Below the pieces are notes generated by a model that did not search any database, was not told the DNA's origin, and saw nothing but the letters and a program-made list of their open reading frames with translations. This document shows positions 58,681-64,000 of a stretch of DNA of 64,000 bases, one piece after another (position 1 is the stretch's first letter; each line of letters begins with the position of its first letter). The translations under genes and the position numbers were made by a program. Source of the DNA: the human T2T-CHM13v2.0 reference genome, Homo sapiens; assembly GCF_009914755.1 (NCBI RefSeq), contig NC_060937.1; one strand, written 5' to 3'.

Positions 58681-59720
58681 ACTTTATGGTAGAACAACTG
58701 TATAAGGCAATGATTATATATCCAGCAAAACTGACTTTCAACCAATTCAATCAAAAAGCAAAAACTTTGATTTTATGCATGCGCCCTTCTGGAGGAATCT
58801 ACTAATGATAAAATTTAAACAATCAAAATGAATTAGAGAAACTTTCACACAGGTCCTTTGCCTGCTGTGGAAATGGGCACTGAAAGGTAGAAAAAAAATA
58901 GTATGTAATCATAGAATGATCTACTTTTATTATTCTCTGTATCCCGAAGGATCAGGAATGTTGGTATGAAACAAAAGAGATACAGATGTATCAAGAATAC
59001 AAGAATATGTTTTAATGAAAGTCTTGTTGTCTTCAACTTGATTTGAACATCAATTTGAATCAATGAGTTGTCTCAAAAAGTCCTAGAAATGGTTGCCCAC
59101 CAACAATGAGCATCCATGCTCAAGATTGTAGTCTTGCAGTGACTTTCCTCACTAGAAGATTTCAGCCATCTTAGGAAAATAGCTTATTTCAGGTATTAAG
59201 AAGATAATATACAAGATGATGTTGTATCATATTTCAAGAGATATTTTCCAGGCATCTAGGGATATGTTGAAGGTACCGAGGTTTCCACTAGGTAGAGATG
59301 CAAAGTTTTGAGCTTTAATTTTGATAATAATTATAATGGATTAGAAATAATATAATACATTTAAATAATGAGTTTGTAAAAATATTTTAAATTATGTAGT
59401 CACCTTCAGGAAATGATAGCAAATCAGTATCTTGGAAACTAATAAACAGAATAAAGGGCAAGCATTTGTCTTGACTTTCCTGCATAAACTGTACCAAATA
59501 ACACCTGAAACAAAATTATACATGAGGGAAGCATACCTTTATTAGAAAAATCTCAACTAGTAAATGGATAAAAAAATTATAAAATCATAACACCACCACA
59601 GTGAATACATTAGATAGATATAAACTACATATTAATCAATTAAAATAAGTATTAAGCATCAATGGCTCCTAACATCACAGATTGGAGAAAATTAGACATC
59701 ATTTGTCTTTTGTTGTCCTA

Positions 59721-59850
59721 CTATGTATCATATACGTATGTGAGCCACATACATCATATATGTATGTGATACATATACATATGCATATACATCACATATG
59801 TATGTGATACATATACATATGCATATACTATGTATCACATGGCTATGTAT
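59721..59850. repeat. (CATATA/TATGTG)-rich tandem, quasi-palindromic tract
   Basis: atatgtatgtgatacatatacatatgcatatac occurs twice in tandem. Confidence 0.8.
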
Positions 59851-60829
59851 AGTCAAAGTTTGAGTCTTGCAAAGGATACTAAACTTAAGATTGATTCATT
59901 CTCTGGATGGAGGTGCCAGTTTGCCAGGAAATAGAGAAAAATAAGAAATATGTTGAGCTGCACCAATAAATAGAATCAGCAAAATTCAGAGTTCAGAGAA
60001 TACTATAATTCAAATGTCCTAAAATCATTAGCAGATAGATTTTTTTTAAAAAAAAGGAGACTGGAGTGCTACCGATTAAAAGGAACTTAAAATACCTATC
60101 TCAAGAAAATAGGCAAAACTATACTGCCTAATTGTAATAATACCTGAGAAATTTAAAACTATACAAATGCAAATAACAAATTTGTTTATGAGGGGAGGAA
60201 GGGATATGAAAAAAATCAAAATGGATTCTAAAGTTGATGGTACATGCTACTTATTGATCTAGATGGTGGATACAAGTGGAAATAAGAGTGTTTGCTATAG
60301 AATAACATAAAAATTTATTAAAATAACGAGTCAAAACGCCATCTATAAAACAAGACAAAAAAGAGGTTAAGTCAGACATGTAAAATACAGAATATTTAAA
60401 ATGTAACTAAGGTGGGTAGTTACAAAGTTTCTCGGCAGAGGAGCAACCAAAGTTTCTTATAAATTCTAAAATCTGCATATATTACTACTTAACAAATAAA
60501 ACGTTATTATTGTGGAGCCCCAAGAAAAGGTGACAACAAATTCTGCTTGTTTTAGAGAACTCCTTTTTTAAAAAAGCAAAGCATAAGTATATAATGTACT
60601 TACTTTATTTAGAAATTGTGAAAAATATTGTAAGAAACAACTTATATTTCTTGTAAAATTGAAACATGGTAGCAATTGTAAGAGAAAACCACCTTGTGAA
60701 GCTTTTTTTAAACATCAAAAACAATTATATTAAAAAATGTTAATTACTTCTGAAATGTTCAAATGAGGAAAAATTATTGCTTTCTTTAGTTGTCTAATGT
60801 CAACAAATAATATAGTATTAAGAAAAACA

Positions 60830-61222
<393 letters not shown>

Positions 61223-62907
61223 TTATTTAAAAATAGTTTTCTTTGTATACCTACTCTTACCAGATACTGAAATTTACATCATAAAATGGACATATTTTGC
61301 CTTCCAGAAATATTAAGTAGATCCATGCAAAGAAAGTGTTATTAAAAATGTAAATATTTCGTTCTATAAATAGAAACTAAACTGGTATAGAAACTTTTTT
61401 CTGAATTACATTTTTGAATTGAAATGTATACTTTATTCTTTAAATTGTGTAAAGAGAGTTAAAGTGTTTTATTTGTCAATACAGTAATTTCAGACACCCA
61501 CTTATGTCAAAATGTATACACAAGCATTCTATTCCGTAATATGTGAATAAATCAGGAAATTATTGAAAAAATGTTGTGATACATAAAAGACAAAAAGAAA
61601 GCACTGTATTTGTCCATGCTGAAGTTTATGAGAATACTATAAACACAAATTCTGCTGTGTCTAACTTAGTCACAACTCCTCCCAGTTAATAGCAAAACCA
61701 AGGGAAAGAACAGCAATATCATCAAATATAGGAAAAGCCACAGGAAATTAGCTACCAAGTTGATGAGTATGGTTAAAAACCAACACACTTAAAAACAAAT
61801 ACAAATTACAACACCTATTTAGACTTTTCAAAATATGTATTGCAGGAAAACAAATCTGTGAGACTGGAATAGTGTCACCGCTTAGGGAGTGAGTAAGTGT
61901 AGACATAAGATGACATTTGGCTGGATGTGATTCATACCACATGATGGAGTTTGAGTCAGCCGCTGAGAAATTCAAATTTATTTAATTGGCTCCAGCTTCT
62001 AGGTTAAAAATTCTTGATTTGCTCCTGGACATCTAGAAAGTTCAAACAGGAAATTAAATGGCTCCTTGTACCCCCCAAAAAAATATAGGAGCACTATTAT
62101 TTATTATTTGGCAGTTTGACAGAGTAGAGATTAATCACTTTATCAGGTTCTAATTTAAATAAGTCTATATATCTCAAAGGTAATAAATTATAGTTTAAGT
62201 TTAGGAATGCACTTAATCATTTCTGCTGATTTTTATTTCTTAGTCAACTATACCTTCTACCCAAAGACATCTATAATTTTGAAATTAAGTGGGAGTTTGT
62301 CCAGTGAAGGGAAAAAAAACTTATCAATAAAGAGAAGAATGGACTCAAAATGCTGCAGTTAGTTGTTGTCATAAAATACAAAACGAAACTGGGGACCCTA
62401 CTATATTTTAGTTATAAAAATAAAGAACATTTGGATATAATCTTGTGAAAATATCATGGAATTCTACAACATATTAATTATTGATAACTGCACTTTAGGG
62501 TATTCTATATCATTAAGTATGAAATAACACAAACATTTGATGTAGCTTTGTGGCATAAGAGAGGCAAGTATAGGAAGCTAGTTAATTATTAACATTCTCG
62601 TTTATGCCTTCTCTTTGGAAAACTGTGACGTTGATCTAAAGTATTAGAGGGTATTAGTAAAGTATTAAAGTATTTTCCACTATTAATCTCTTGGGAATAT
62701 AAATCAGAGAGCAAAATATGGACAATTCATAGCTGGGATCAGGAGATATCCATACTCTTGACTTTCTCAGAATTTTAAAATATTATCTTCTTGAAGACAG
62801 AGGGAATTTTTCGCAACTTGGAGTAAAAGTTATGAAGTAGGGGTGACTATCCTTCTCAATTGTATTAGCTTAATCTCCTGTTATGTCAGAGTAAATGTTT
62901 TGAAACA

Positions 62908-63074
62908 AGAAAGGAAGGAGAGAAGGAAGGAAGGAAGGAAAGAAGGAAGGGAGGGAGGGAGGAAGGGAGAAAGGAAGGGGGGAAGGAAGGAAGGAAAGAA
63001 GGAAGGAAGGAAGGAAAGAAGGAAGGAAGGAAGGAAAGAAGGAAGGAAGGAGGGAGGGAGGGAGGGAGGAAGGA
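62908..63074. repeat. (GGAA)n/(GGGA)n polypurine microsatellite
   Basis: ~165 bp of purines only on the + strand. Confidence 0.97.
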
Positions 63075-63542
63075 GCAAGCCTACTTTCCTCTGTTCTTAA
63101 GGTCACTATCTTAGTTTCCCTAACTTAACTATTCTTCCCAATTACAGTAAGTTCTCTCTTACAGCTAATGTGACTTGTTGAGAATTCAAGTAAGAAGATA
63201 CTACAAACAGAAGGGACCTAAAACCCAGTTTCCTCATACCATCTTGGGATGGCAGCAAGATGTAAAAAAATATATTTTTTGCTATACCTTAAGACCCTCA
63301 GCAATTTAAGTTTCCATTGTCGCAGACTGACATGTCATCTACAGAATGTTTTCTATGCACCCTATTTCTATCAAAATAGAAAAAAAAATCCAAACCCAAA
63401 GGATGAAAGGAAGGATACTTGGTGTCTTTATAAACAAAGACTGCTTGCATCCCTAACAAGTTTATAATCCTGAGGAATAACAAATGATAAAAGCTCTAAA
63501 CAATGAGTTTGAGTTATACCTCCCTTGCAGAATAAAGATTGA

Positions 63543-64000
63543 GGCCAAAAAGCATATGAAAAAAAGCTCAACATCACAGATCATTCCAGAAATGCCAATC
63601 AAAAGCACAATGAGATACCATCTACACGAGTCAGAATGGCTATTATTAAAAAGTCAAAAAAATATCAGGTGCTGGTGAGGCTGTGTAGAAAAGGGAATAC
63701 TTACACACTGTTGGTGGGATTGTAAATTAGTTGAATCATTGTGGGAGGCAGTGTGGCAATTCCTCAAAGACCTAAAACCAGAACTACCAGTCCACCCAGC
63801 AAGCCCATTACTGGGTATATACCCAGAGGAATATAATCACTCTACCATAAAGATACATACACACAAATTTTCATTGCAGCACTATTTACAATAGCAAGAA
63901 GATAGAAGCAGTCTAAATGCCCCTTAATGGTAGAGGAAAAGAAAAGTGTGGTACATATACACCATGGGATACTATGCAGCCATAAAAAAATGAGATCGTG
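63543..64000 (+). mobile_element. Older L1PA ORF2 C-terminal fragment, running off the window
   Basis: 'gcatatgaaaaaaagctcaacatcac', STMRYHL, 'cccagcaagcccattactgggtatatacccagagg'. Confidence 0.9.

Larger units (their letters stand above)
58300..60300 (+). mobile_element. Ancient L1M ORF1 and L1MC-like 3'UTR fragments
   Basis: 'aaaattataattcaaggaaactccctgaaa', 'tatatccagcaaaactgactttcaa', 'aaggtgtcttgtt' region, 'aagcatttgtcttgactttcctg', 'agaatcagcaaaattcaga'. Confidence 0.5.

Noticed and set aside
62843-63106. Overlapping low-complexity ORFs
   Set aside because: Translations of the GGAA repeat

Overview
AT-rich, gene-free primate (hominoid/human-like) genomic DNA made up mostly of transposable-element relics: LINE-1s of many ages, Alus, MaLR LTR elements (THE1, MST, MLT1), an ERV1 solo LTR, DNA-transposon fossils (Tigger1, MER1A, MER2, MER53, MER85, MER91), MIR/L2 fragments and microsatellites. 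No protein-coding gene is supported; the ORFs are repeat-derived or random. The standout is a U6 snRNA/LINE-1 chimeric retrocopy (4923-9331, minus strand). A near full-length U6 is fused just upstream of L1 ORF2, the unit is flanked by a 15-bp TSD and nested in Tigger1, and an Alu inserted into it later. A second theme is repeated local templated copying: three short segments duplicate decayed repeats 0.4-5 kb away, a 1.85-kb foreign segment splits an L1 ORF1, and one L1PA is internally inverted and lacks its tail. Subfamily names come from recalled consensus sequences and need RepeatMasker/Dfam confirmation.
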